Shown piece by piece: positions 53,701-64,000 of a stretch of DNA of 64,000 bases (positions within the stretch are counted from its first letter, which is position 1; each line of letters opens with the position of its first letter). The notes beneath the pieces are model-generated. The model had not been told where the DNA came from, searched no databases, and saw nothing but the letters and a program-made list of their open reading frames with translations. A program made the position numbers and the translations under genes. The DNA comes from Paramoeba atlantica (taxonomy: Eukaryota; Protista; Discosea), in contig CDRNVI010000021.1 of the NCBI GenBank assembly GCA_977017575.1, positions 1 through 64,000 on the forward strand, written 5' to 3'.

Positions 53701-54206
53701 GCCGCTAGCTTGGACAACTGGGACCCCACAGAAGCTGAGGGATTTTCCAGCTCAGCACATGACATAAATGACAAAGTTGGGACTGATCTGGTTGATCCAT
53801 ACACTGGACGCATTACCAAACCTAGTGTGCCTGGTGAATATCATGCAAATCGGAGCATCCTTTCCCGCCCAGCGAAAAGAAAACTCGCACAATCCCTCAA
53901 TCACGCCCTTCTCCCGGTCTCGACGGATCAGGAAAAGATCATCCCGAGGCAAAAACATCTCAGCCAAGCTATCTCGGATAGGGAATTTCAAACGGCATAT
54001 TCAAAGGCAGACGCAAGAACGCGGGCGCGATGGATCTCGCAGTCCGGAAAAGGGGCCGGAAACTGGGCTTTCGCAACTCCCTCCAAGACCAGAGGCTACG
54101 CTTTCACCCACACGGAGTTTCGTACCCTAACACGCTGGTGGCTAGGCATGGACGTCTTCCCCGAAGATCGGCCTTGCCCAGCTGACGGGTGCACCCTTCC
54201 CTTGCT
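53699..54206 (+). pseudogene. CRE family F fragment (post-RT linker to the first RLE cysteines), broken at the satellite
   Basis: 53699-53870 is identical to ~63795-63970; it continues as RWISQSG..FRTLTRWWLG..CPADGC, homologous to family A. Confidence 0.92.
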
Positions 54207-54224
54207 CAAGAACCCTTCCCTTGC

Positions 54225-55509
54225 TTTTTATGAGAACCTTTCTTTTTATGAGAACCTTTCTTTTTATGAGAACCTTTCTTTTTATGAGAACCTTTCTTTT
54301 TATGAGAACCTTTCTTTTTATGAGAACCTTTCTTTTTATGAGAACCTTTCTTTTTATGAGAACCTTTCTTTTTATGAGAACCTTTCTTTTTATGAGAACC
54401 TTTCTTTTTATGAGAACCTTTCTTTTTATGAGAACCTTTCTTTTTATGAGAACCTTTCTTTTTATGAGAACCTTTCTTTTTATGAGAACCTTTCTTTTTA
54501 TGAGAACCTTTCTTTTTATGAGAACCTTTCTTTTTATGAGAACCTTTCTTTTTATGAGAACCTTTCTTTTTATGAGAACCTTTCTTTTTATGAGAACCTT
54601 TCTTTTTATGAGAACCTTTCTTTTTATGAGAACCTTTCTTTTTATGAGAACCTTTCTTTTTATGAGAACCTTTCTTTTTATGAGAACCTTTCTTTTTATG
54701 AGAACCTTTCTTTTTATGAGAACCTTTCTTTTTATGAGAACCTTTCTTTTTATGAGAACCTTTCTTTTTATGAGAACCTTTCTTTTTATGAGAACCTTTC
54801 TTTTTATGAGAACCTTTCTTTTTATGAGAACCTTTCTTTTTATGAGAACCTTTCTTTTTATGAGAACCTTTCTTTTTATGAGAACCTTTCTTTTTATGAG
54901 AACCTTTCTTTTTATGAGAACCTTTCTTTTTATGAGAACCTTTCTTTTTATGAGAACCTTTCTTTTTATGAGAACCTTTCTTTTTATGAGAACCTTTCTT
55001 TTTATGAGAACCTTTCTTTTTATGAGAACCTTTCTTTTTATGAGAACCTTTCTTTTTATGAGAACCTTTCTTTTTATGAGAACCTTTCTTTTTATGAGAA
55101 CCTTTCTTTTTATGAGAACCTTTCTTTTTATGAGAACCTTTCTTTTTATGAGAACCTTTCTTTTTATGAGAACCTTTCTTTTTATGAGAACCTTTCTTTT
55201 TATGAGAACCTTTCTTTTTATGAGAACCTTTCTTTTTATGAGAACCTTTCTTTTTATGAGAACCTTTCTTTTTATGAGAACCTTTCTTTTTATGAGAACC
55301 TTTCTTTTTATGAGAACCTTTCTTTTTATGAGAACCTTTCTTTTTATGAGAACCTTTCTTTTTATGAGAACCTTTCTTTTTATGAGAACCTTTCTTTTTA
55401 TGAGAACCTTTCTTTTTATGAGAACCTTTCTTTTTATGAGAACCTTTCTTTTTATGAGAACCTTTCTTTTTATGAGAACCTTTCTTTTTATGAGAACCTT
55501 TCTTTTTAT
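54225..55509. repeat. Homogeneous 18-bp satellite (ATGAGAACCTTTCTTTTT) x~71
   Basis: No variant unit seen on reading. Confidence 0.99.
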
Positions 55510-55510
55510 T

Positions 55511-58500
55511 ACATGTAATGTGTGATACTAGGAATAGGGCGAAGGCTTCCGGTCCTTTTCGAGCTTTGCATGAGGTGAAAGCTAAGCTTCGAAAGGCCAA
55601 GTGTTCTCGGGGAAACCTCTTTCTGCCCCCCCAGCGGAGGGAGGGAGTAGCGAAACTTCGGCCGCGCGCGCTTCATCGTATGGCTTGTTTGATGAAAGTT
55701 GGGGTTAGGGTCACGATCGTGTGGCATAAATCATACTGCCTAAAGCTACGCTTGTGGGAAGGAACTATTGTGCGGAACGGGTCAGGGTGTTGCGAGATTA
55801 AGTACGACGCAGTACCTTGCATGGCTTTTTGTTTTCCACCGCAAGATGATCGGATTATTATTTCAGGGGGGTTTGTTGCCTCGGCCAAGAAACAAACGAA
55901 GCGAAACGATAGATGCAAACGCAAAGCCCGTCCTCCGAGTGGCGCCGGAGGGCGGAGGAGTAACGTGGAAAGTTGCGCTAAGAGAGGGGGCTTTCGAGTA
56001 GGTACTTTGAATGTTGATACATTGAAGCTTCGGCATGCGACACATTGGATTTTACGTAAATCGTTTCGTATATCGCAAATTGTACGTATGATGAACTACT
56101 ATAATATTTCCGTTGTTGCATTGCAGGAGACGCGATTGACTTTTAATGGTGGGCAAGATATTTTACGACACTGTGTGCACATTGCGGGGGAAAACATTCA
56201 CATTTATTTGATGAGCGCTTCCAAAGGATACAATGGTATGGCGTTCCTGAGCAAAATGCCGCTTACAGTCGAAAAAGTTAGTGACAGAATTATATCTGGT
56301 AGTTTGAAAATTGGTAAATTGCAAACGTGTATTTTTAATATATATTCCCCAACTGCAGCATCGGATAAAGACAAGCAGGATGAATTTAACGCCAATTTAT
56401 TTGACGCGTGGCAAAAAAGTAATCATGGCCTTAAAATCATTTGTGGAGACTTTAATTCCCCGCTGCAGAAGCCTTTTCGCGGAACCGAGCACACTGATCG
56501 AACGAAATCTTTTAAACTCTTTCTTAGCACACTCGAAGCACGTTCAGCACACATGTGCTGTTGGCCTAAACGGCAGTGGACGTATACATTTCCAAATGGA
56601 GCAAAAAAGCAATTGGACCACATCGTTGTCAACACGCGATTTGCTTCTTCCATGGGTGAAAATAGAGTACTGTTGCCACCCATTCCAACTCCACACTGCT
56701 TTAACTGGGTTGGTTTTCGAATAAAATGGAAGCGTGCATCACTTCCGACCCCACCGAGACCGTATTGGGGTTCACTGAGGGATGAAAAGACTCAAGATGT
56801 TTTCATCAAAAGCATAAAAGAAGTGCTCCATGCTCCACAGAAGCGACAACGAGACGGCAACATGACTGTCTCAATATGGAAACGAATGGAGTCAGCAATC
56901 AAGACATCATCCAAAAGTTTACCAAAGATGTGTAAAAACCTGACGTTAAACGAAGAACAGAAGCGTGATATTTCTAAAGTAAGACCGGAGGAATACAGTG
57001 ATAACGAAAATGATCTTGAAAAAGTTGTCAAACTCTCGAGAAATCGGAATTTATTTGAAAAAGCCTCCATTGAGCATACGGCGCAAATTGAAGAAGTTAT
57101 TGAAACAGAGTGTGCCAATCTTGCTGATGACCTGCGCAAGAGATCTGGAGCAGCATTTCGAAAAATTCGGAAAATAATCGGAGACAATAGAGCTAAGATA
57201 GGATTCTTCGGAAATAATGAGCGACAATGTCTCGAAAAAATTTATGACCATTTCAGTAAAATTGGGCATTCTTCCACCGAGGAGGATGAAGTAGTGAAGT
57301 TTATCGATGCATTGAAACCCACTGTTCCTATAAACGATGATCCCTTCACCATTGAAGAATTGTATGGAGCTTTGTCAAACATGCATAATGGAAAAGCAGC
57401 AGGAAGTGACGACATACCAGTTGAAGCCTACAAGGCCCTATCGAAAGATGCAGAACTGTCCACTACACTTCTAAACATTATCAATGAGATCCAGGAAACG
57501 GGAATTACAGATGATACGTGGAGGACTGTTCTGCAAGTGCCAGTGCCTAAAAAGGGAAACACCAACGATTTGTTACAGTGGAGACCTATTTGCTTAGTCA
57601 ATCATATTGTAAAGGTTATGAATCGCATGGCCTTGGAAAGAATTCAACCTGCATTAGAAGAAATGCTACGACCCAACCAGTTTGGCTTTCGGCCGAATCA
57701 CTCAACCTCAGGTGCCCAAGCAATTTTTCAAGAGATAACTCAAAAGGCATCTCGAGGATCCGGAGGTGTGGCCGTTGGTTTCGTAGATTTCAAACAAGCC
57801 TTTCCTTCCGTATCACACAGCGCTATTCGAGCAGCCTTATCAGCATTTCACATACCTGAGAACCTCAAAAAGCTAATTTTGGCATTATATTGTGACTTAA
57901 AATCTTTTGTGCGCACCCCATACGGGGATACAGAAAGCTTTCGAGTTCGAAATGGTACACTTCAAGGCGACGTACTTGCCCCCACGATTTTTGTCATGGT
58001 GCTGGATCGTATTTTGTGTGCAGCAATAGATAACAAACAATTTGGATTGATTACACAAAGCCGGGGAACCAGAAGTCGAGGCAAAGAACGCATTCGTGTA
58101 TCCGATACCAATTATGCCGACGACATTGCCCTTTTTGCAGAGTCAAAACAAGAACTCTCGAAAATGATTGAAAGCTTGGTTTCTTGTGCCGGGAAAGCTA
58201 ACCTTAGAGTTTCTGTGGGACCATCAAAAACAGCATGGATGACATTTGGGCGAGTTCCTGATTCGAATGGCCCTTTAATCGTAACAAGCATTGGCGAAAT
58301 TCCACGAGTAAAACAGTACCGGTATCTAGGAAATGTTTACGAAGAGGGCAAAAGAGGTAAACCTGCTCTAGAACGTGTAAGGGCAGCATGGTATGCAATG
58401 AATAAGCTGCAAGGAATCTGGAACTCCCCACTGCCCATAAGTTCAAAGCTAATAGTTTTCAAAACATTGGTAATGCCTGTGTTGGTCTATAGTGCTGGAA

Positions 58501-59970
58501 CTTGGACACTCACGGATAAAGAAACCAAGCATTTAGATACACAGGTTCATCGAATGAGAAGATGGGTTTGTGGGGTAAGTTCATGGGATGGCAAGAAGGG
58601 CACACGTTTGGACTCTCTATACCAAGGTGACGACAGAGTCAGCACGACATCGAGAATTAAGAGAGCACAATTGGTTGGTCATCTGGTTCGTCATTCATGT
58701 CTCTATACACATGCTTCTATGTGGAGACATAATGAGGAAAGCAAATTCCCCACTACTATTGAACAATGCGCAAGGGACTTGAATCTTCTCGTAAGCGAGG
58801 TATTCGTACAAGCCCAAGATAGAAGTCATTGGTCGTCACTTATCGGGCAACTTCGTAAACGTCTTGAACCCAATCACGGTGTAACAACATTCGGATCAGC
58901 GAAATGGATGAATGAGTATAAGAGAACCTCTAAGGATACAACATACGAGAACCTTCAATTTCTTGAGGAAGGACCCAATGTTTTCCCATTGAATCGCAAC
59001 GAAGTTCACCTGTATACTGACGGTTGTCTCATAAGAAAACAAGGGAAAATGCAATGCGGGTGCGGCATATTAGCACTGGGGCATCAGCTTCCAACTATAA
59101 ATTTAGGTTTAAGGCTTCCGGAGGAAATAGAACGAACCTCTTCCAACTCAGAGATGTATGCCCTTTGTGAAGGACTTGATCAGGCATCTGGCTTAACGCG
59201 CACTGTTGTTATTCATACTGATTCTACTTATGTCTGGGATTTTGTTCATAAGTTAAGACACCAGTTTAGATTAACGGGATACCAAAAAGCTGAAAACCCT
59301 TCCCTCCTTCGTGTTATCGATGCAAAGCTCCGTAAGATTGAAGAAACGAATTCTATATACGTTGTTAAAGTTAAAGCTCATTGCGGCAACCAGTACAACG
59401 AAATGGCTGATTGGCTTGCAAAGCAAGCAGCTGAAAGACAAGACGTTTCATTATCATCCTTCTGTTTCAGACAAAACATACCGAAATCTAAGAACAATAA
59501 AATTGCTAGGAAAAGAAATCCAACTCAAGAAGTAAGTAATATGAGTAAATCCAAGGTAGGAAGAGCAAACAGTCAAAGAGGTACATTAGTGCTCCTAAAG
59601 GAACCTAAGAAAGCTGATAAAGTGAAACATCCATGTAGCACAATAGGAAAACGTGCAAATCGAGATGACGTGCTTTCACAACGAGCTAACAAACGTGGCA
59701 TCGGGCAAGATTTCAATGAAAAATCTCATTTTACACCCAAATTTGGTCGAAACCCGCAAATAAAAAGGAATCTACAGTGAGAGAATTGAATGTCTTCTTG
59801 ATTTTCAGACCATACTGAAGCTGTCTTCCGACAATATACTATTTATGAGAACGTCTTATCCGACTGCGATCCCTCCCCCCAATTCAAAATAAAATCAATT
59901 AACAATATTTGTTAGTGACATTAAATCGGTAGCAGTCAGATTGCGGCAAAAAAAAAAAAAAAAAAAAAAA
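55511..59970 (+). mobile_element. Apparently full-length single-ORF LINE (APE-RT-RNase H; ingi/L1Tc-like architecture) with poly(A)
   Basis: One long ORF, a structured GC-rich leader, poly(A) 59948-59970. Confidence 0.9.
55518..59780 (+). CDS. APE endonuclease + RT + RNase H polyprotein (true start may be ATG 55680)
   Basis: GTLNV, LQETR, IYSP, GDFN, LDHI; WRPICL, QFGFR, DFKQAF, LQGDVLAP, YADD, YRYLG; YTDG, NSEM, HTDS, KAHCGNQYNEMADWLA. Confidence 0.95.
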   Translation: MCDTRNRAKASGPFRALHEVKAKLRKAKCSRGNLFLPPQRREGVAKLRPRALHRMACLMKVGVRVTIVWHKSYCLKLRLWEGTIVRNGSGCCEIKYDAVPCMAFCFPPQDDRIIISGGFVASAKKQTKRNDRCKRKARPPSGAGGRRSNVESCAKRGGFRVGTLNVDTLKLRHATHWILRKSFRISQIVRMMNYYNISVVALQETRLTFNGGQDILRHCVHIAGENIHIYLMSASKGYNGMAFLSKMPLTVEKVSDRIISGSLKIGKLQTCIFNIYSPTAASDKDKQDEFNANLFDAWQKSNHGLKIICGDFNSPLQKPFRGTEHTDRTKSFKLFLSTLEARSAHMCCWPKRQWTYTFPNGAKKQLDHIVVNTRFASSMGENRVLLPPIPTPHCFNWVGFRIKWKRASLPTPPRPYWGSLRDEKTQDVFIKSIKEVLHAPQKRQRDGNMTVSIWKRMESAIKTSSKSLPKMCKNLTLNEEQKRDISKVRPEEYSDNENDLEKVVKLSRNRNLFEKASIEHTAQIEEVIETECANLADDLRKRSGAAFRKIRKIIGDNRAKIGFFGNNERQCLEKIYDHFSKIGHSSTEEDEVVKFIDALKPTVPINDDPFTIEELYGALSNMHNGKAAGSDDIPVEAYKALSKDAELSTTLLNIINEIQETGITDDTWRTVLQVPVPKKGNTNDLLQWRPICLVNHIVKVMNRMALERIQPALEEMLRPNQFGFRPNHSTSGAQAIFQEITQKASRGSGGVAVGFVDFKQAFPSVSHSAIRAALSAFHIPENLKKLILALYCDLKSFVRTPYGDTESFRVRNGTLQGDVLAPTIFVMVLDRILCAAIDNKQFGLITQSRGTRSRGKERIRVSDTNYADDIALFAESKQELSKMIESLVSCAGKANLRVSVGPSKTAWMTFGRVPDSNGPLIVTSIGEIPRVKQYRYLGNVYEEGKRGKPALERVRAAWYAMNKLQGIWNSPLPISSKLIVFKTLVMPVLVYSAGTWTLTDKETKHLDTQVHRMRRWVCGVSSWDGKKGTRLDSLYQGDDRVSTTSRIKRAQLVGHLVRHSCLYTHASMWRHNEESKFPTTIEQCARDLNLLVSEVFVQAQDRSHWSSLIGQLRKRLEPNHGVTTFGSAKWMNEYKRTSKDTTYENLQFLEEGPNVFPLNRNEVHLYTDGCLIRKQGKMQCGCGILALGHQLPTINLGLRLPEEIERTSSNSEMYALCEGLDQASGLTRTVVIHTDSTYVWDFVHKLRHQFRLTGYQKAENPSLLRVIDAKLRKIEETNSIYVVKVKAHCGNQYNEMADWLAKQAAERQDVSLSSFCFRQNIPKSKNNKIARKRNPTQEVSNMSKSKVGRANSQRGTLVLLKEPKKADKVKHPCSTIGKRANRDDVLSQRANKRGIGQDFNEKSHFTPKFGRNPQIKRNLQ

Positions 59971-60352
59971 CGCCTAGCCCGCGAGGGCTAGGTACCCCAA
60001 GTGAGGTAGTGCACGGGCAGTGAATCTCCTCCCCGTCGGCCAGCATCCTGTTTCGCGACCGTGTCGCTGTCGACACAGGCCCGCGCCTGCGCCCTCCCAC
60101 ATAACAAGGGAAGGGTTCACAAGTCAGGCCGTGGAGAGGTCGAAAGACCCGGTCCGGAACGCGCGAATGGATTGGGTCTGGATTGCTTGTTTTTATTTTT
60201 ACTGTGTCTTGTTTGTCGTATATACTTAGGGGAGATTGAATTGCTAGTTTTGGGCTGAGAAAAAAGAAAAAGAAAATATACTTCTGTGGAAATAAAAAGA
60301 ATTGCTAATTTGATTGCTTGTTTTAAATTCATATAAAAAAAAAAAAAAAAAA
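59971..60352 (+). pseudogene. Family B 3' UTR fragment with poly(A)
   Basis: Near-identical to the reverse complement of ~435-792. Confidence 0.9.
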
Positions 60353-60427
60353 ACCTGCATGTGTACATTTCTGTTGTTCCGGAATCTTAATTATTACTCG
60401 TTGAGCATTGTTCCTGGTCGAGGCTTT

Positions 60428-60625
60428 CATCCTGGCTTGAGCATTTGATCCTGGTTGAGCATTTGATCCTGGTTGAGCATTTGATCCTGGTTGAGCATTT
60501 AATCCTGGTTGAGCATTTGATCCTGGTTGAGCATTTAATCCTGGTTGAGCATTTAATCCTGGTTGAGCATTTAATCCTGGTTGAGCATTTGATCCTGGTT
60601 GAGCATTTAATCCTGGTTGAGCATA
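60428..60625 (-). repeat. 18-bp minisatellite encoding NAQPG(L/S) x~10 in ORF 60329-60730 (-)
   Basis: GAGCATTT(G/A)ATCCTGGTT units; variation is at one position only. Confidence 0.9.
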
Positions 60626-60870
60626 TTTTGATGAACCCGATGTACGTTCCGCCACGTCGGATTTATTGAAAAGTTTAAGTGTTTTACTATTTTGTATATT
60701 CTTTCTGCTTTGTGAAGTCCAGTGTGTCATACGAAGAAGTCGAGATGTATCGACACTATAAGTACCTACTCGAGAGCCCCTAACTGGTCCACTAAAAAGG
60801 ACTCAGTGTATTTGTTGTTGTTGTTGTTGTTATTGCTGAATAACGCGCGCTGTATTATTATATTATTATA

Positions 60871-63800
60871 TTTCTGTACCTTGTTGTTTTTATTTTTATT
60901 TTTACTCGTATGAACACGCAAAACGCCGAACAAATTATGAAGAGGGGATCAACGCTCGATAAGCCAAAGAAAACCCCCCGTGTGAGAGTTATTATGAGTG
61001 CAAAGGAATTATCGCCGAACTGGGCCGACCACGAGGTACATAGCAACTACCGACGGCCAAGGATAAAATTTTCTGATGCAAGGCCGACCTCACAAGAGTC
61101 CGAGAATGATTCCGATGAGGAGAGAGATTCATCCAAACATCCTGAAGATTGCGAAGGCGCCTCCGATGATACCACAGGCGAAGAATCTGATGTGATGTCG
61201 GTGGATGAGGAAGTGACGTCGATGGATGGGGAAGTGGGGCAACGCAAAAACGAAGAATTTCCGAAGGCTCCAGATCACATCAACACCATTATCCATGAAT
61301 GGGGCAAAGGAACGACGTGCGAACTGAGATGGGGATTCAAAAAAGAGCAGAACTATGCCTCAAAAGGAGTAGTGGTGAAGAGGACTGTCCGAAAAGGTAT
61401 TGTAAAGCTGAAGGTGGAATATGATGATGATGATTTGGGCCTTTTGACTCCGAAAAGTTATGGCCCCATCTTCCACACCCCCAAGCGTCAAAGGGAATCG
61501 GGGAATCGTAAAGTCTCATCGAAAAGCGCGCGAACCAGCTACACCTCGAAAAGGGGAAGCGACGGAACATAACCCCGAAAACAACTCTCCACGCCAAATA
61601 GTACAAGGAACTTCCCTTGAAATCCCACCTTCGACGAGCGAAGCAGTTCTCACGTTTCCATCTTCCCAAAACCGTCCGACACAAAGGGAGTGCCCCGCAG
61701 AAAACTGTATTTGGAAAACTCGTGCCCATGGAGGTCAATGGCAGTCGTACTACAACCACGTTGCTTACCGACACGGAAATAACATACCCAATGACTGGTG
61801 GACAAAGGAAGGACGATTTCTCTGCGACGCATGCGGTCGTCATTACGATATTAGCAAGAAAACTTCTCATTTGAATCATTGTAAAATGCAATCTACACCA
61901 CCCTCCTCGCAGCCGCCCTCACAACCACAGCAGCCTTCACAGCTGTCAGAGTCCGGGGAAGCCATGTACGATATACAAGGTACGCATAGTCTACCGTCCC
62001 TAGAGGAAGTTTGCACGACTCAAATAAGCACGTGCAAGGATGTCCCACACCGATGTCGATATCTGTGGACCAGAATTTTTACCGCAGCCCTCTCCACCGC
62101 GGTAAACGAAAACTCACTGAGAGCCTGGACCCTTCTTGCCTTGCTTCCGAAATGCGTCCTACCAGCCCCGTACCGAGGAGGCCGCAAAGCTCACAAGTCC
62201 TATACCTCCTACATCTCAAAGCGAATGGAACTTTGGATACAAGGCCAATATACCACCCTATGGGCCCAAGCAAATTCGGAGCATGACAGGAAGCGCTCAA
62301 AAGTGCCGAATAATGAGATTGAGGGTGAAGAAGACAAGGCTGCAATACGGGCTGAAATTCTGGTTCGCCAAGGAGAATTTTCCCGAGGCATGGCTGCCCT
62401 TACTGCAGCTCCACTTGCACCATACAGCGAGGAAACCCTGCTAAAGCTGCAGGAAAAACACCCTAGCCCCCATGGTAATCCCATCTCGTGCCCCCTGCCT
62501 CCCCTGGAAGAAGAAGCTTTAAAACTGGACGAATCCGAGGTGAGAAAAGCAGTAGATACCTTCCGTCGCGGATCCTCTGCTGGGACTATGGGGCTCCGGC
62601 CTGAACACCTCCAAACAGCGCTTCAAGAGCACGTCGACCAGAATATGAATCCTCTTACGACGCTCACTTCCTTCGTAAACCATCTCCTAGCTGGCAAAGC
62701 CCCAGACGAAGTGCAACCTTTTTTTGCAGGGGCACGGCTATGCGCACTCGAAAAAGGGGAAGATGACGTGCGGCCTATCGCTGCGGGGGAAACCCTTAGA
62801 CGCCTGGTGAGCAAGGCAGTGTGCCTTTCGATAAAAGAAAAAGCAGGATCCTTCTTTGGACGTCGTCAATACGGGGTCGCAGCGTCTGCTGGGGCGGAAA
62901 GAGTGATACACCTTTGTCGCCGTCTAATGAGAAATAATGAAGAAAATGAGAACATAACGTTCTGTAAGGTGGATCTTCGGAACGCCTTTAATAACGTGAG
63001 CCGACCCGTCTTCATCTTCCTCACACGAAAGCATTTCCCTGAACTATCCCCATGGGTAGAATGGTGTTATGCCAATCACAGCTGTCTCACATTCGGCAAT
63101 GATTTTATCCCCTCGGCAGAAGGAGTGCAACAAGGAGACCCTCTGGGCCCACTCCTCTTCTCCTTGGTGTTAGCAGAGGTAACAGAAGAAATTGCATCAA
63201 ATTCTAACCTACGAACACAATTATGGTATTTAGATGACGGTGTGCTTGTAGGTGAGCCCAAAGAAGTCCGTAAAGCCCTAGACGTCCTCGACGAGATAGG
63301 ACCGAAGTGGGGACTCTTCCTGAATCTCTCCAAGTGCGAGATCATTACCCCCCCAGCATCAGCTCACACCTCCGTTTTCTTTCCTGACATCCCCAGTGAT
63401 AAAATACGGTACGACGGGAACTTCGACATTCTTGGAAGCCCAATAGGCTCTGCGGAACACTGTGCGGAGTTTCTCATGACACACGCGATTGAACCAGCCC
63501 GCGAAACATTAGAAGCTACTGCTGTGTTAGAAGATCCCCAAATAGCTCTCGCACTAATACGGCAATGTTCGGGGTTTTGTCAGATGGTGTACGCACTGCG
63601 CACCACTCCTCCCCAAGCCCTTGGAGAATTATGCCAAAAACTTGACTCTCATCTAGTCCAGGCCGTGGAGCACGCAATTTCTCCCTTAGGCGTCGCCGCT
63701 CGCGACCAAATACAACGACCAAAACGCCACGGCGGGTTCGGACTTCGCTCATCAATTCTCCACCAGTCAGCAGCCTACGTTTCTTCCGTCGCGCACGCCG

Positions 63801-63970
63801 CTAGCTTGGACAACTGGGACCCCACAGAAGCTGAGGGATTTTCCAGCTCAGCACATGACATAAATGACAAAGTTGGGACTGATCTGGTTGATCCATACAC
63901 TGGACGCATTACCAAACCTAGTGTGCCTGGTGAATATCATGCAAATCGGAGCATCCTTTCCCGCCCAGCG
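60871..63970 (+). mobile_element. 3'-truncated CRE sequence with partial SL head; H-like N-terminal ORF (60910-61572) followed by A-like Zn-finger/RT ORF (61460-63973, family F)
   Basis: TTTCTGTACCTTGTTG at 60871-60886; KPKKTPRVRVI..WADH..WGKGT (H-like); CPAENC..HGGQW..NHV, RPIAAGE, DLRNAFN, GVQQGDPLGP, YLDD (A-like); RLE missing. Confidence 0.88.
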
Positions 63971-64000
63971 TAATAGTTCACGTTTTGAAATTTAGCCGAG

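Noticed and set aside
54225-55509. CRISPR array or canonical telomere
   Set aside because: Units abut with no spacers and no cas genes are present. The sequence is not G-rich TTAGGG-like and is interstitial.
54206-55600. Long ORFs of YENLSF / MRTFLF / HKKKGS repeats
   Set aside because: They are by-products of a stop-free 18-bp satellite read in different frames; there is no evidence of coding.
55511-55680. Pr77/79-bp-signature ribozyme at the ingi-like 5' end
   Set aside because: The leader is structured, but I could not fit the HDV topology or match the trypanosomatid signature.
1-64000. Prokaryotic or phage origin (retrons, DGR, group II introns)
   Set aside because: RT motifs, poly(A) tails, SL exons and split direct repeats all match eukaryotic retrotransposons.

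Overview
Eukaryotic DNA made almost entirely of retrotransposons; I recognise no host housekeeping gene, rRNA, tRNA or CRISPR array. A spliced-leader (SL)-like exon with the ACAGTTTCTGTAC core, plus CRE/SLACS-like, VIPER-like and ingi/L1Tc-like elements, points to a euglenozoan (kinetoplastid or diplonemid); this is inference. Contents: (i) 1-11.7 kb, a tandem array of a ~2.28-kb chimeric unit built from SL + CRE 5' end + two CRE 3' ends joined by poly(A) tracts; (ii) at least 8 families of CRE-clade RT-RLE elements, two apparently intact (31587-35424, 48578-53159), most 5' ends starting with the SL exon and one lineage carrying an ataxin-2/Pbp1 LsmAD-like N-terminus; (iii) two near-identical VIPER/Ngaro-type tyrosine-recombinase elements with A1..B1A2B2 split direct repeats, nested in a LINE that is itself nested (13-bp TSD) in a CRE fragment; (iv) a second split-repeat RT-RNase H element with no recombinase ORF; (v) APE-RT-RNase H LINEs; (vi) 17/18-bp satellites. 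Many other junctions are poly(A) tracts or short local duplications, suggesting a patchwork of cDNAs from processed RNAs. Family letters A-H are my own labels.
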